Of a stretch of DNA of 64,000 bases, positions 24,001 to 37,297 are shown in pieces. Source of the stretch: Octopus vulgaris (taxonomy: Eukaryota); contig OX597815.1 of assembly GCA_951406725.2 (NCBI GenBank), positions 32,798,001 through 32,862,000 on the forward strand, read 5' to 3'. A model generated the notes under the pieces. That model searched no databases. It worked only from the letters and a program-made list of their open reading frames with translations, and was not told where the DNA came from. The number at the start of each line of letters is the position of its first letter. Within the stretch, counting starts at the first letter, position 1. The position numbers and the translations under genes were made by a program.

Positions 24001-27000
24001 TAATGTTTTGGAAATGGCAGAAAATCGTTTCTTTGATATTAATGGAAAGTGACTGGAATAGAGACAGACTGATAAACATTTGGTTTATAGAGTAAGGAAG
24101 TTTGATGAGACCTCAGTAAAATAGAGCCTTACACAAACACACGGTGAGGTGTGTTGCTTTGTATTCTGCCAGCTTGTCCAACATATGTTCACTTAAAAGT
24201 AGCAGTGAAGCTTCTACATAGCCAAATCTTCAACAATCTCTTTACTGTCTTTGAAATGGAGACTACTTGTATAAGTCTGAAATATTAAGACAGTGTACTT
24301 ACCTACACTATAAATAGGATATAACTATGCCTTGAATGTTGATCACATGATTCTGTGATCAGTTACTTCTAGAACATAAATCTATTGAAGTAAAAGTTGA
24401 CTGGGGTTTCTCTACAACAACACAGTGTACTTTAGAAAAGATACAGAGAACACAAAAATGTAGAGTGAAAAGTATCTTTATGTAATTATTTCTGAATTTT
24501 TTTAGCTTGTTTATCAGTAGTTATTACAACCTTGTTTTGCATGAACTTTTATATTCTTGAGAGGGCCTTGTTTATATTTTGAAAAGGTGTATCCATTGCA
24601 GAGAATCAAGGAAGAAAAACTTGAGAATACCTTGATATTTCTCTGCAGTTGATGCATCTTTTGTAAAATGGTGAGGTTAGGTCTCTAAATTTTTTTCATT
24701 TCTTGGTTGGGAGTGAAAGTAGTGTCCAAGTCCCTTTACAGAACCTTTGGTATTGGTGGAGGGAAAAGAGAAAGGTATCTTCAAACTGGAGATCTTGCCT
24801 GAATGATTACAACAAAATAGTGTCTGCAAAAGATGCTCAAAGATTGGGTGGTAGTGTTAAACTGGGAGACTAATTAAGTCTGCCATGTGAGAATTTGAAC
24901 TTACAATGTAAAGAGATGGAACAAATGTTTCAGAGCTTCTTATCTGATGGTCTAACAATTTCACCACTTCACCTTGAATAGTTCTTTTACAAAAAGACAG
25001 AGTTGATTTAGGCAACATTTGAATGCAGAATGCAAGAAACTGGGATGAATACCACAAAGCATATCTCCTGATGCTCTAATGGCTCTACAAATTTCCATGT
25101 CTGCTCAAAAAGAATCTTGACAAATGATGTTATACTATGTAGCAGGTTCACCCAACCCTTCCATGCTAGCATGGCAAATTAAACTTTAATGACTGTGATA
25201 GGAATGATATAAAATACAGAACTAGAGAAAGAGAGTTTGTAAGAGATAATATTGAAATGGTAGTGTTACTATTTTTATTTGTAAAATGTGATGTGCAGTG
25301 CATCTTACGTGTATTTTGTGGTCTCTGTTTAGTTGACCTTTCTTATCTTGTAAATGAAATTAAATGAAAATAAAAATCTTGTATAATATCAGTTTAACAT
25401 TGAAAGTGGGAGTTTCAATTTACACTGTTATCTTGCTCAAAGTTCACTTGCTTTATCATCATTTCCTCTTTTTTTTTTGTTTTATGTATTCTGTTTATCT
25501 AAAAAAAAAAGCCAGTATGTTTGGGTCTCTATTGTTTTCACTCCCAGAAGAATTTAAAGATTCCTTTGTGATGAGGGGTGAGGAACCCACTTTAGTTTCA
25601 ATTAATAGCTGAGGAGAAAATAACATAAACTAAATAACTCTATTTCTCTTTTAATAGTTGTTATTGTTTGGCGTTTAGGTCAGGCCTGATGGAGCAAACT
25701 TATGATCAAAGGCATTGCAGAAGTGACCATATTGTCTTTTTTTTTCAGGCTAAGATTACATTTCTAATATGTCCTTACTTTATTAAGTCAGTAGGGTATG
25801 ATTTGAAGGTAATTTAATTGCTATTTCTTGCAACTTGGTTGACTTTGTAAAAACTCTCTTGTAATAGAAGTTAGTCATAGTTGACTCATATGTCCAAAGT
25901 TTATCTTTACTTGGATTCTGTTACACAGAATGACTCATGATAACCATAGTTACTTCTGGATAAGATACTCTATCATAGGTTGAATTCTAGACAAACTGGT
26001 ACTAAACTTCCATGTAAAGTAAACTAAGATAAGTAGGAAAAAATAGAAAATAATTACCCTACCCTCTCAAAAATACTGTGTAAAAAATAATACAGGATAT
26101 GAACTTGTGATTTACAAGTTGTCAGTTCATTACCTTAATCATATTCTAAAAATAAAATGTTCATGTGAAATATTCTGTATTATTAAAAGTATTTCCTCAA
26201 TAAGGAGTTAATGTAATCCTAGTAACATTCACATTTCTTTTATGTGTTATCTCTATAAAAACCCCACCTCCTCTTGTATGTGTGCTTGTCTTTCTGTTTT
26301 TGTAATTTATTTAAGTTCTTTGCAGAATTGAAGCTAGTTACAAACAAAGCCCTTTTGTTTTGAATCAAAGGAGTTCAAGGCATTTGTGAATCTGTGAATG
26401 AGTTAGTGTGTGCATATATTTGTGTATATATGTTAATACGTTTGTAATTGATGTAAAGATGTATCTGTCTCTTTAGTACATGACTGTATATGTGATTACT
26501 CTATATATATGTGTATGCTATATTAACATAAGTGAGTGTGTATATATATGTTCAATCTAAGAAGCTCAAATCAAGAATGTTTTACAAATCTTCACTGTAT
26601 TGCTAATTGATTGGATTTGGTTGATGTGAACCAGTTTACTTTATTCTTTCTTGGAAAACTCTGGGCATTTATGCAAATCTGTTGCTTCATATCCCAATTT
26701 ACTTATGATGATAGACATTAGTTTCTACAGCCTAGATACAAGTGCTGTAGCTTGGCTATAGATTAATTTACCATAGATATTCTCTTTTTCTGCAACTTCA
26801 GATAAGACATTCATATCTGCTGACAGCTAACCTCCACAACAGTGCATGACTTTTTTTTCCCTGTCCCATCATATAATAGAAAGTCTGTTGTGTTTGCACT
26901 GGGTTACTTTTTTTTTAATGTTTCACTAGCATTTCTTATTTTCAAGTGTGAATACATTCTAGTTCTGGTATGCCTTCTATATGAATCTCAGGAAAATTCT

Positions 27001-28579
27001 TCCTGCAGGTAACTTTATAGTTTTGGCTACAAAATTTTATGTCTAATGAGAAAGTAATACCTTGCAAGCAGCTGCTTATGATATAGTTATAGTACAGATG
27101 AAAGTTTCTGTCACAGCAGAGAGTTCTTTATCTCCTTTTCAATCAGGTATTTTCCTGAATTGTGGAGACCTCTCCTTCTCAGTGGAATGTAATGTGTTTT
27201 CCTGTCAATGTTGGAGTTTTTGTAATATTTTTGCATAACTTTCTGCTGATATGATGAGTGTTTCTCTCCAGTTTCTGTCTAGTAAGTTAGTCAGCTATTC
27301 TTGGGTCACATGAAACAGTTGTATGAATACATCTGTGAGTGTATATGTATGTGAAAGAGCAGTCAGCATGGATTAGTTGAATTGTTAGAGTGCTTGATAA
27401 AATTCTTTGCAGCATTTGTTCCAATTCCTTATGTTCTCAGGTTAATAAAAGCAAGTACCAATCCAGGTTGGTTGTTAGAATTGTTAGAACATTGGACAGA
27501 ACCACTATCATCATCATCATTTAACATCTGTTTTCCATGCTGGTATGGGTTGAATGGTTTGGCAGGAGCTGGCAAGGATAGGAGCCACATCAAGTCCCAT
27601 TGTCTGTTTTGGTGTTGTTTCCACAGCTGGATGCCCTTCCTAACACAAACTACTTATGTAGCACCATCACATAAAAATTCTTTGTGGAATTTGTTCTGGT
27701 CTTTCCACTGTATGCAGTTAGCACCTTTCACTCAGTTGTTTCTCTCTCTCCATTTCCATAACCTGTCTATACCAGTGCTGGTGTCCCTTTTACGTACACG
27801 GTGACTAATGCCCAACTGCTCTCCCAACATACTTGTGTTCCGTTTTTACATGCAAGTTAATGTTCTACACCCAATAGTTCGGCTCCAACTCATTTCTATC
27901 TACAGTCCTGCATCATTACACCTCTTACACATTGCCATCCTTTCTTTCTATCTCTATTCCTTTTCCTCTTTGTTTCTCTCTCTCTCTCTCCATCCCCCTC
28001 CCCCTCTCTCTCTTTCCAATACTCTCCCCATAATTCTAATATATTTTACATCTTTCCCAGTTCTCAGTTTAGTGTATGAATTATTAGAACAAATGTTTCA
28101 CAGTAGCCAATATTTTAAACTTTAAATTGTTATTGATACTGATTTATCTTGTCTTATACATACATTAGATTGATATGTTAATGTAATTAATTACTCTAAT
28201 GCATATACTAGACAGGGGCTTTTAATACTTGTAATTTTAGGTGTACAGGAATTATGAATTATTACAAAAATTAGAAGACAAAAAGGATAGTTTAGTATCA
28301 AATATCCGTATTTCCTGCTCTACCATAATTATCAGTATCCGTCAATAGGAAGATTTCTGCTTTTTACTTCAGTGGAATGTTTATTAATCAGGAGTTTTGA
28401 GTCTATTACTGATATAAGATAAGTGAAAATTCCTACAATAAGGAAATGAAACTGGGTTGTAGACACAGCATTGAAATTTCATCACACCATTTACACACAT
28501 CTTAGTAGATAAAAACATTCAATAGATGAACCCTATGCATGTTCTTCTTTGTATTCCTTAATTTCAAATTACTAATCTT

Positions 28580-28872
28580 GGAGGCACATGGCCTGGTGGT
28601 TAGAGCAGCAGACTTTCGGTTGAGGGATCACGGGTTTGAATCTCAGACCGGGCGATGTGTGTGTTTATGAGCGAAATACCTAAGCTTCATGCAGCTCTGG
28701 CAGAAGGTAATGGCAAACTTCTGCTGACTCTTTCGCCACAACTTTCTCTCATTCTTTCCTCCTGCATCTTGCAGCTCACCTACTGGCGTCCTGTCTGGGT
28801 GGGGAACCTATCACCACGGAAACTGGGAAACTGGGCCTATGAGCCAGGCATGGCTCGAGAAGGAACAAACAA
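28580..28872 (+). mobile_element. SINE family C copy
   Basis: Colinear with 36991-37297 along its whole length. Confidence 0.85.
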
Positions 28873-31800
28873 TCCTGCCTGTCATGAGGGGATGTTTCCC
28901 TTGTATTAATGACAGCAGCCAGAGGGAATCTTAATTTTCTTAATGCTGTGGAATATAGCTCCCCACCCCCAATCAAAAAAGAAGGAAAACAAAAAATCAA
29001 ACCATGTAGTTAGTATAAAACTGTGAACACGACACCTTCATTATGAGATGACACATTATAAAAATACTTTAGGTTGATACTGAATAGCAGAACAGTCTAG
29101 AATATGTCAACATCAAAAAGAGAAGTTAATTCCATGATGTTCATGCTAGTTAATTGAGTTTAGACATTTGGATATTTTAGCTGCAATATTCTCCTAAAAC
29201 CAATTATTCTTATAGTGTGGAACTGATACCTATTTTGTAGCTGAGTCACTTCCATGACATGGTGTATATCATAAGATTTTAACCTATGATATTTAAGTCA
29301 TAAACCTAACATGTTAGCTACTTGGCCACCATACCCCACACCATCCGTTATATTACTGACACATAAGGCAAACTCAATGCACTCTGTAAATATATATTTC
29401 ATCTTTCACACCAGATATAGTGTACTGTGTTTTCAGTTTTTTCACTAATACATTACAGCAAGAAAGAACATTGAAAAAAAATAAAAAGAATGAGCCAAAA
29501 TTACATTCTTGAATACTCCAACCCAACTCCCAGCACTTGACATTTGAAAAAGCTACTTAAGTTACTGGTACCTTAAACCAATGCTACTTTATATAACCCA
29601 AGGGATTTTTGTCCTCTCTTTTAGAACCTTTGAAGGCATATGGCCTAGTGGTTAGCCTTTTGTACACAAGATTACAAGATCGTGATTTCCATTCCTGGGC
29701 TGGGTAATGTCTTGTGTTCTTGGGCAAACCATTTCATTTTACATTGCTCCAGCCCACTCAGTTGTAAATAAGTAACTCTGAGACAGAATGGTGTCCTGTT
29801 CAGGAGCAAGCCAGCCTATGAGTCCTGGGACTCAAGACACACTTTACATTTGGAGCTTCAGTCATCTGACTTTAGAATGAAGTTAACTTCATTTGAAGTT
29901 GATATTAAAATGAACTTCAAATGAAGTTGATGTTTAAAAAAAAATGTTATTTATTTAGAATTAATATTGATCTCTCACTTAAGCACTAATTCTTTAAAAG
30001 AAGTAATAACTTTTTGATTGAATTGACACTGGTGTATTACTGGTACATATTTTATTGACACTGTCACAGAAAGATGAGAGTGTAGTCGACATTGTTGGGA
30101 TTTGAACTCAAAATGTAGGTAGTTAAAACTAAATACTGTTAGAAATTTTATCTTGACATGTCACTATGCCTACCAGCTTGAAACTCTTTGAACCAACAAA
30201 GGAGCCTTTGTGTGGTTGCTTGACTTGCTAGAAATAGTAAGTAAACAAGGAATGATTGTTCAGTCTGGACTGATCTAGGGTTAAGGAATATCTTTATGCT
30301 ATAATTTATATTGAAGGGATGAAAACAATAACATAGACCTTTTCTCAAATTCTGCTGAGCTTGACTTTACCTTTCAGGATTGATAAATTATGTACCAGTA
30401 GAACACTGGGGTTGATGTAATTAGCTTACCCATTCCCCATAAATTACTGGCCTTGTGCCAAAATTTGAAACCAATATTAAAGTTTTTTTGTTAATTCCTT
30501 TTAGCATTTTCCATTAATAATAATGATAGTGGTGATGGTAGTCGTGGGGTAGGGGTGGGGTGACAATGATGAAAAGCATTTGAAATGGTTTTAATTTTGC
30601 TTACTGAAATATTATAACTCCCCAGAGCCTTATCAATCTGTTTTTGATATTTGTATGGCAGTGAATACACTTTATCATAGATTAGTTGATAAGAGGGAAA
30701 ACTGTGAGAGCTATAAAATTCATGCTATACATATTAGGCAAAACTAGCTGCAACATTAAACTTGCAAAACTTATAACAATAAAAAATTTCAGAAGCCTCC
30801 AAAACAATGTGTAAATCATAAGATGCTATATGTGTAAACATGTTTAGACTTGTTGCAAAAGAATTTTGATGCTACAATTCAAGATTAATGAAATAAAGTA
30901 CTGTCAACATTTGTAGCATAGTTATCTTCAGTCTACTTTGAATCATATGAACCACAATATAGCTGAAATCTTGCATTCCCCTGATTATGAGCATAATTAT
31001 AATTAGAATTTTTGCATAAGTTTACTGCTAATGGTTCTTTTAACATACTGAGCTACTTGGTAAAATTATTAATTAATTAATTAATTAATTTTACCCTTTA
31101 TTATATATATATATATATATATGAGCAAAAAAAGGACCAAAGAATAGAGACTGAAATTCCTTTTACTACATTATTTACAATTGTTTCATCAATTTCCATT
31201 ATAGCCAATTTTGTGTGAGTGTTACTATGTCAACAATTACTGATTTATTCCCATGCACTGCACAGCACACTTTAGTAGAGTTCACTTTCCTTGGAAAACC
31301 AAGTCTACAGTGTCCCCTCTGCACTGTTTTATTTTTTCTATTTATTTGTTATATATATATATATATTGACTTTATGATAGTCAAGCTGGACGTCTAGGTT
31401 GTATCAATATCTGACTAATATTAGAAAATACAAAACAAAACAAACAGATCTGGGAAATGGAATCAGGATTGTAGAATTTGTCTGCCAAGAATTCCTTGTT
31501 GCGCACAATGGTTAATATTCTTTTCAGTAAAAATATTTCAAATGATCAACATATTTGGCTTTCAGAAATTTCGATTCATTCATTCTCAATCTATAAAAGA
31601 AAATTTTCAAGTAAGTGTTATAAGTCACAAGAAATTTGTTTAAAAATTTCTTGTATAAAGAGTGTTTTACTTTTCTTAGGTTAGTGAAAAGATTTTCAAT
31701 CTTGCTTAATCAAAATCATTTGCTTAATTATCAACCTTCTCCCACCCCAAGATAATATCCATGACCTTGTTGTTCCCATTCTTTCATGTCGTCAGCTCAT

Positions 31801-33940
31801 TCTTTCTTAAACTTCCATACTACATTCATTTATTGAATTCTTGCCTTCATTACTCACTGTTCCTCATTTTTTCCCTTTTTCCTCTTTAGTTCTCCTTCTC
31901 CCTAATCTTTCTGTAGCCATATGCCTAACCTCCTCCTTTCTTCCCAACAATATGCATTATCATTCTGAAACCACATCTTTTTTAGAACCCATTTCCACTA
32001 TATGTTATCTCTCGGCTACTCTACACCCTCTCTTACCCCACTTCTCTTATATACAAACACATGCACATGTTTAGTAATCTTCAGAGTTTAGAGAGGAAAC
32101 ATTAATTGCACCAATTTCACTCTCATTCCTAATCTTTCTGCTCTGGGAAATTGCCCATAGGTTGTGGACCTAACTGTTATTGTCTGAAGCATTACATATA
32201 TATATAGTATATATATATATATAGACACACTAACGAAGTGTAAACTACACTTTACTGTTTTTGTAAACAGTTCTTGTATGTAGATATATTAAATGTTTAA
32301 GTGTGTCAGCTTTGAGATACTGTAGCTTGTGTGCATGTGTGTGTAATGCATTTTAATGTGAGGTAGCATGCTGAAATCATTCCAATGTTTTCATACTTCA
32401 AGTTATCATGATACAAATTATTTTGATATTCCAAACAGTTCCAAAACAACTGTTTTAACTGATCCTCTTATAGGAGTCATGCCCTTCCGTCTAGCTTTGT
32501 GTTTGAATAGAAACATTGCCAGATCTATGCTGTTGTGTCTTAACTAAGTTCTCTTATCATTGTAACCACTACCACTGTTACTATTTATTTTTATTAATTT
32601 ATATTGGAATTGATGAACAAAAATGCTTTTGGTTCTGAGCTTCCAATAAGTCAGTCACTAGTTTGCTCCATTTATGTTGGCACAATGTGAAGGTAACTAG
32701 GTGAGAACAAATACTGCACAGGATATTTTTATTTAAAAGCTCCAGATATTTGTTTTTCCTAATGATGTTTACACCCATCACTGATATAAATAGCTGAAAC
32801 ATATACACATACATGAATGAATGAGTGAATATTCCCATCTGCATGCCTGAAGATCGAGGGATTTCAGATGTGACCTTTTCATTGTGTCTCCATTATCTCT
32901 TTGGAATCAGTAGGGTTAGAGTTCTCTTCTGACCTAATTTACTGTTGGAGTTGACTCCGAGTTTATACTTGTCCATTTCCTAGTGCTGCTGCCTTTCAAG
33001 ACTGCTAAACCCCAGGCTTCCTACCCAGTTATATCTCTGGTGTAGCTTTGGACACAGTAGTGTCTTTGCCTAGAAACATGCTTTAACAAAAGCGAAGAAG
33101 TGTTTTGTACATATATACAGTAGAAGTTAACTCAAAGGAACCCAGGTCATCAAGATTGCCCTGAAAACTGCTCAGGATGCAGTGCTCTACAAACATTTGG
33201 CCTTCCCATCCATATCTCTAGTTGGGTTGCTTCCGCTGACATGGTTGTCTTATGAAGAAGAGATATCTTCTCTCAGAGCTCCTGGGAACACCTTGAGCTT
33301 GCTTATGCTGTTTTGCCTATGATGCATATGACTATTGCTTGTTAATGATCTGCAAAGTTAAGATGACTTTTTAGCCCAGCTGAATAAAGTATCCAACAGG
33401 CGTCACATGATTTTAATACAGTTAAACACAAGAGAACCAACTATTTTGTCAAGCAACATCTGTGCATGGATAAAATCTAAAATATCTATAGAGGAACATG
33501 TGGTGTTTACAGCACCACATAGCTTTCTTGGTCAAATACAGAATCACCAAAAAACTAAAGCAACCACTAAGATTATTGGATATTACAAATGGTTGCAGAT
33601 GAAAGGTTATTTTAGCTTGACTTGTCAGGTTTTTCTTTGGAGTGAGTCTCTTTTAGACAAACTGTCTTCATCATAGCTAAAGAGCATAAAGTCTGCTCAC
33701 GTGTAGTAGTCTCACCATCATAAGTATTTCTGTATCACTATGCGCTATTATAAGATAGTTGTTGACCTTATGCTGAGTTCGTCTATCCTTTTACAGGTTT
33801 TGTTATTATCCTTACAATTCTTAGCAGATGACCCAACCATGTATACTAACGTTCTGACCTTGTAATACTGATAACCCAAATATGTAACCCTGGTTGTACT
33901 GAATTATATGTTGCTAGTAGCATTCATTCATAATCTCTCT

Positions 33941-33977
<37 letters not shown>

Positions 33978-36155
33978 TGGGATCTACTGTTTCTATCTAC
34001 AATATTCCACTCTCAAAGTATTGGTCAAACTGGAGTTATGAATGAAGTGACTTACCTAAGGTACTGCAGTTTGGGATGGAACCCAGAACCACATGTTTGT
34101 AAAGCAAACTTCATTATAGTACAGCCATACCTACACCATTACACTCAACTAGGGAAACTTTGAGCTAATGGTGGAAACTCTGGTCTCTCAACCTTCAAGA
34201 AATAGCAATCGAATCTCTCTCAAATCACACCCTTCTCACTGAAAAAAGGAAGGACACATTGGCTAAATGTAATCATGTATACACTGTGTCTGAAAAAAGA
34301 CATGATGATTGCAGCTGGACTAGGCCCTAACTTGTTTAATGGAGTAATCAAATCTCTGTCCATCCTGTCATACTTAAATTAGGGACCACATATTTGAATG
34401 CTTTAATTTTAACACAGTAAAGTTAGAGTGGCCACAGCTAAAATGCTAACTTGTTCTATGTTCTCTGTGTTATTTATGTGTTTTATCAGAACTAATAGGG
34501 GTTACCCAGCAACAACAATAATAACTGTATACAAGTCACCACAACTCTTCCATTCTGGTCGCCTGACCATATTAATTTTGAAGTCATAATTTACTTTAAG
34601 AAAATTCCTGCTATTTTATTTTTGTGGTAATTAGTTTAATGTAAATAAGAGAGTGGTAAGTTATAAAATTGAATGAATAATAAGGTGGTACTGCTTTTGT
34701 CATAGACCAAACCATATAAATTACTGAATGTAGTTTTCAAATTCTAGTGCACTACACATGTGCACATGTTTTTGTGTGTATGCATGTGTATTCTTCAGTG
34801 TAAGAGTATTCACTATCAGAGTTATAAAACTTAGATACCCTGTTACTGCAACAGTCTATTACCAAATCATTCTGTATCTTTTACATTTTACTCCATTTGG
34901 TAATATGTTCCATTTCTCTTCTGAAACCATCCTCTTGCTAGTGTTCTATAAACTGGTTGTGTATTAGGGCTAAAAAATAAGTGAAATCATGACCTAATTA
35001 ATGAGAATGTTTGCTGTGACAATATGTTTGCAATATTTTCATTACAATCTGAAATAAGAATTGTCTCCTGTTTTTCTATCATTTCTTACTTGCCCCACTG
35101 CAAGGAAAAGGGCAGATATTTTTATGTTGCTTGAAGGTTCAACACATTACACTTTATGGTATGTAAAAAGCATAATCCTCTAAGTAAAGGATACTGATGT
35201 TTATCCACTTCTCCTGTGTACTTCTTCCTATTTTCATATACAGCTTAAATTAAATATGATTTTATTGAACCACAGAAATAAAGTTACATGTTTGTAGAGG
35301 AACAATATAAAAAAATATAAGGAGCAAAAGTTACAATCAGAAATGAAAAATTCATAAAATAGTTACCTCTTGTGTGTGTGTGTGTGTGTGTGTGTCAAAA
35401 ACTAGACTACCAATGATTTTAAGGGAAGGTTTGCATAACATAAGCATTCCTTCAGTTGCAGGCATTTGAGAAACTCTACCACTCTGTCATACTTCATCTG
35501 GAGATTTCAGGATGAAGGACTCCAACAACTTGTGAGGCATTCTTGAGAGGGCTTCTCTCTGCTCACCTGAAGCTCATAATTGCCAACTCTGCCTCTTTGA
35601 GAAACTGCATATTCTGCAACAGCCTGTAATATCCGTCAATGGTAAAACTGATCTGTTGTAAAGTTGTTATCCATGACATGCCTTAATAATGAACTTCAAC
35701 CCTTTCACTACTGATATTCTGGAAAAAAACTACCTTAATTCTTGCTGGCCCATTCACAACTGCAGGGTAAACAACCCCTGCGTGCTCATGATAAGATTAT
35801 TACCCTTCCATATACCACCAGAGTTATCTATCAATGCTAACACTCAGCTAAGCATACATCATACAGAACAGCTGTACACAACATACTATCCAGTTTCCAT
35901 GTGGTGTCACTAATATATTCAAATGTTACCTGACACCATCAGACTACTTACCTTGTCACGTGAAACAGCAGACATACTCCTTACTGTCCCAGTCTGATGT
36001 TGCTGTATTGTTAAATACTACAGACTGTAGACCAGCTGGACTGTTTCCTGTACCATATATAGAAGAAATAAAATTATCTGCATTCGCTATTCCATCACCT
36101 TATTCACGTGACTTGAATTCAGAAGTCATTTCTATTTCTTATCACTCAAGTCCTG

Positions 36156-36206
36156 TATATCTGATGAACTAGACAGTTATCTGCATCTCTGAAACTGAGT
36201 AATGCG
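36156..36206 (+). ncRNA. Hammerhead-like motif with intact core boxes
   Basis: tat CTGATGA (36161-36167), imperfect stem II, then GAAAC tga GTA atg (36191-36204). Confidence 0.4.
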
Positions 36207-36990
36207 AAGCTGAATCGTCCTATTAATACTTTTAACCCCCCCGCAACATATATCCAGTTCTATTTTCATTCATTTAGTTTCTACACCAGATTGTATGTAT
36301 GTCTCATCCTTTATTTAAACATTGTGTGCCTGTTACTGCATTGTTGTGTGTGTGTGTGTCTGTGTGTGTGCACACACATGCGCATGCATGCGCGTACACA
36401 CACAATTCTTTTCTAGAACAGTGAAACTCTAAGCAGACAAAGATATAAATAATCTTTTCTACTATATGCTCAAGGCCTGAAATTTTGGGAGAGGGGGCTA
36501 GTTGGTTACATTGACCCCAGTGTTCAACTGGTATTTATTGTATTAACCCCCAAAAGGAGGAAAGGCACAGTCAACTTTGGCAGACTTTGAACTCAGAAGG
36601 TAAGGCTGTAAGAAATGCTGCTAAGCATTTTGCCCAGCATGTTAACGATTCTGCTAGCTCATTGCCTTTATAAAGCTATAAATAATAGGCACGGGCATGG
36701 CTGTGTGGTTAGGGAGCTTGCTTCCTAGCTATATGGTTTCGGGTTCAGTCCCACTGCGTGGCACTTTGGGTAGGTGTCTTCCACTATAGCCTCGAGCCGA
36801 CCGAAGCTTTGTGATTGAATTCGGTAGGCGGAAGTTACTGCCATGTGTGTATATGTGCGTGTAGGTGCTTGTGCCTCTCCGAAAGAGAGAGAGAGGGAAT
36901 AGCATATAAATATTGAGTTAAAAACCCATTAGATAGAAAAAACCAAAAACTGCCTGTGGGACAGGAACCTACTTCAGCAACACACACAGA

Positions 36991-37297
36991 GGAGGCACAT
37001 GGCCTAGTGGTTAGAGCAGCGGACTCACGGTCGAGGGATCGCGGGTTCGAATCTCAGACCGGACGATGTGTGTGTTTATGAGCGAAACACCTAAGCTCCA
37101 CGCAGCTCCGGCAGAAGGTAATGGCGAAACTTCTGCTGACTCTTTCGCCACAACTTTCTCTCACTCTGTCCTCCTGCATCTTGCAGCTCACCTGCGATGG
37201 ACCAGCGTCCCATCCAGGTGGGGAACCTATACGCCAAGAAACTGGGAAAATGGGAAAACGGCCCTTATGAGCCTGACATGGCTCGAGAAGGAACAAA
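36991..37297 (+). mobile_element. Full-length tRNA-derived SINE family C with 13-bp TSD
   Basis: A box tggcctagtgg and B box gggttcgaatc. TSD caacacacacaga (36978-36990) / caacacgcacaga (37298-37310). Confidence 0.88.

Noticed and set aside
26326-26389. Acceptor-like ttctttgcag followed by a short ORF
   Set aside because: It stops quickly in the compatible phase, and I see no clear donor.
27382-28125. ORFs of 140 and 105 aa
   Set aside because: They are composed of SINE fragments and pyrimidine-rich low-complexity sequence.
36991-37062. tRNA-like sequence (also 10521, 28580, 54081)
   Set aside because: These are SINE heads continuing into repeat bodies, without a proper acceptor stem or terminator. 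Not called as tRNA genes.
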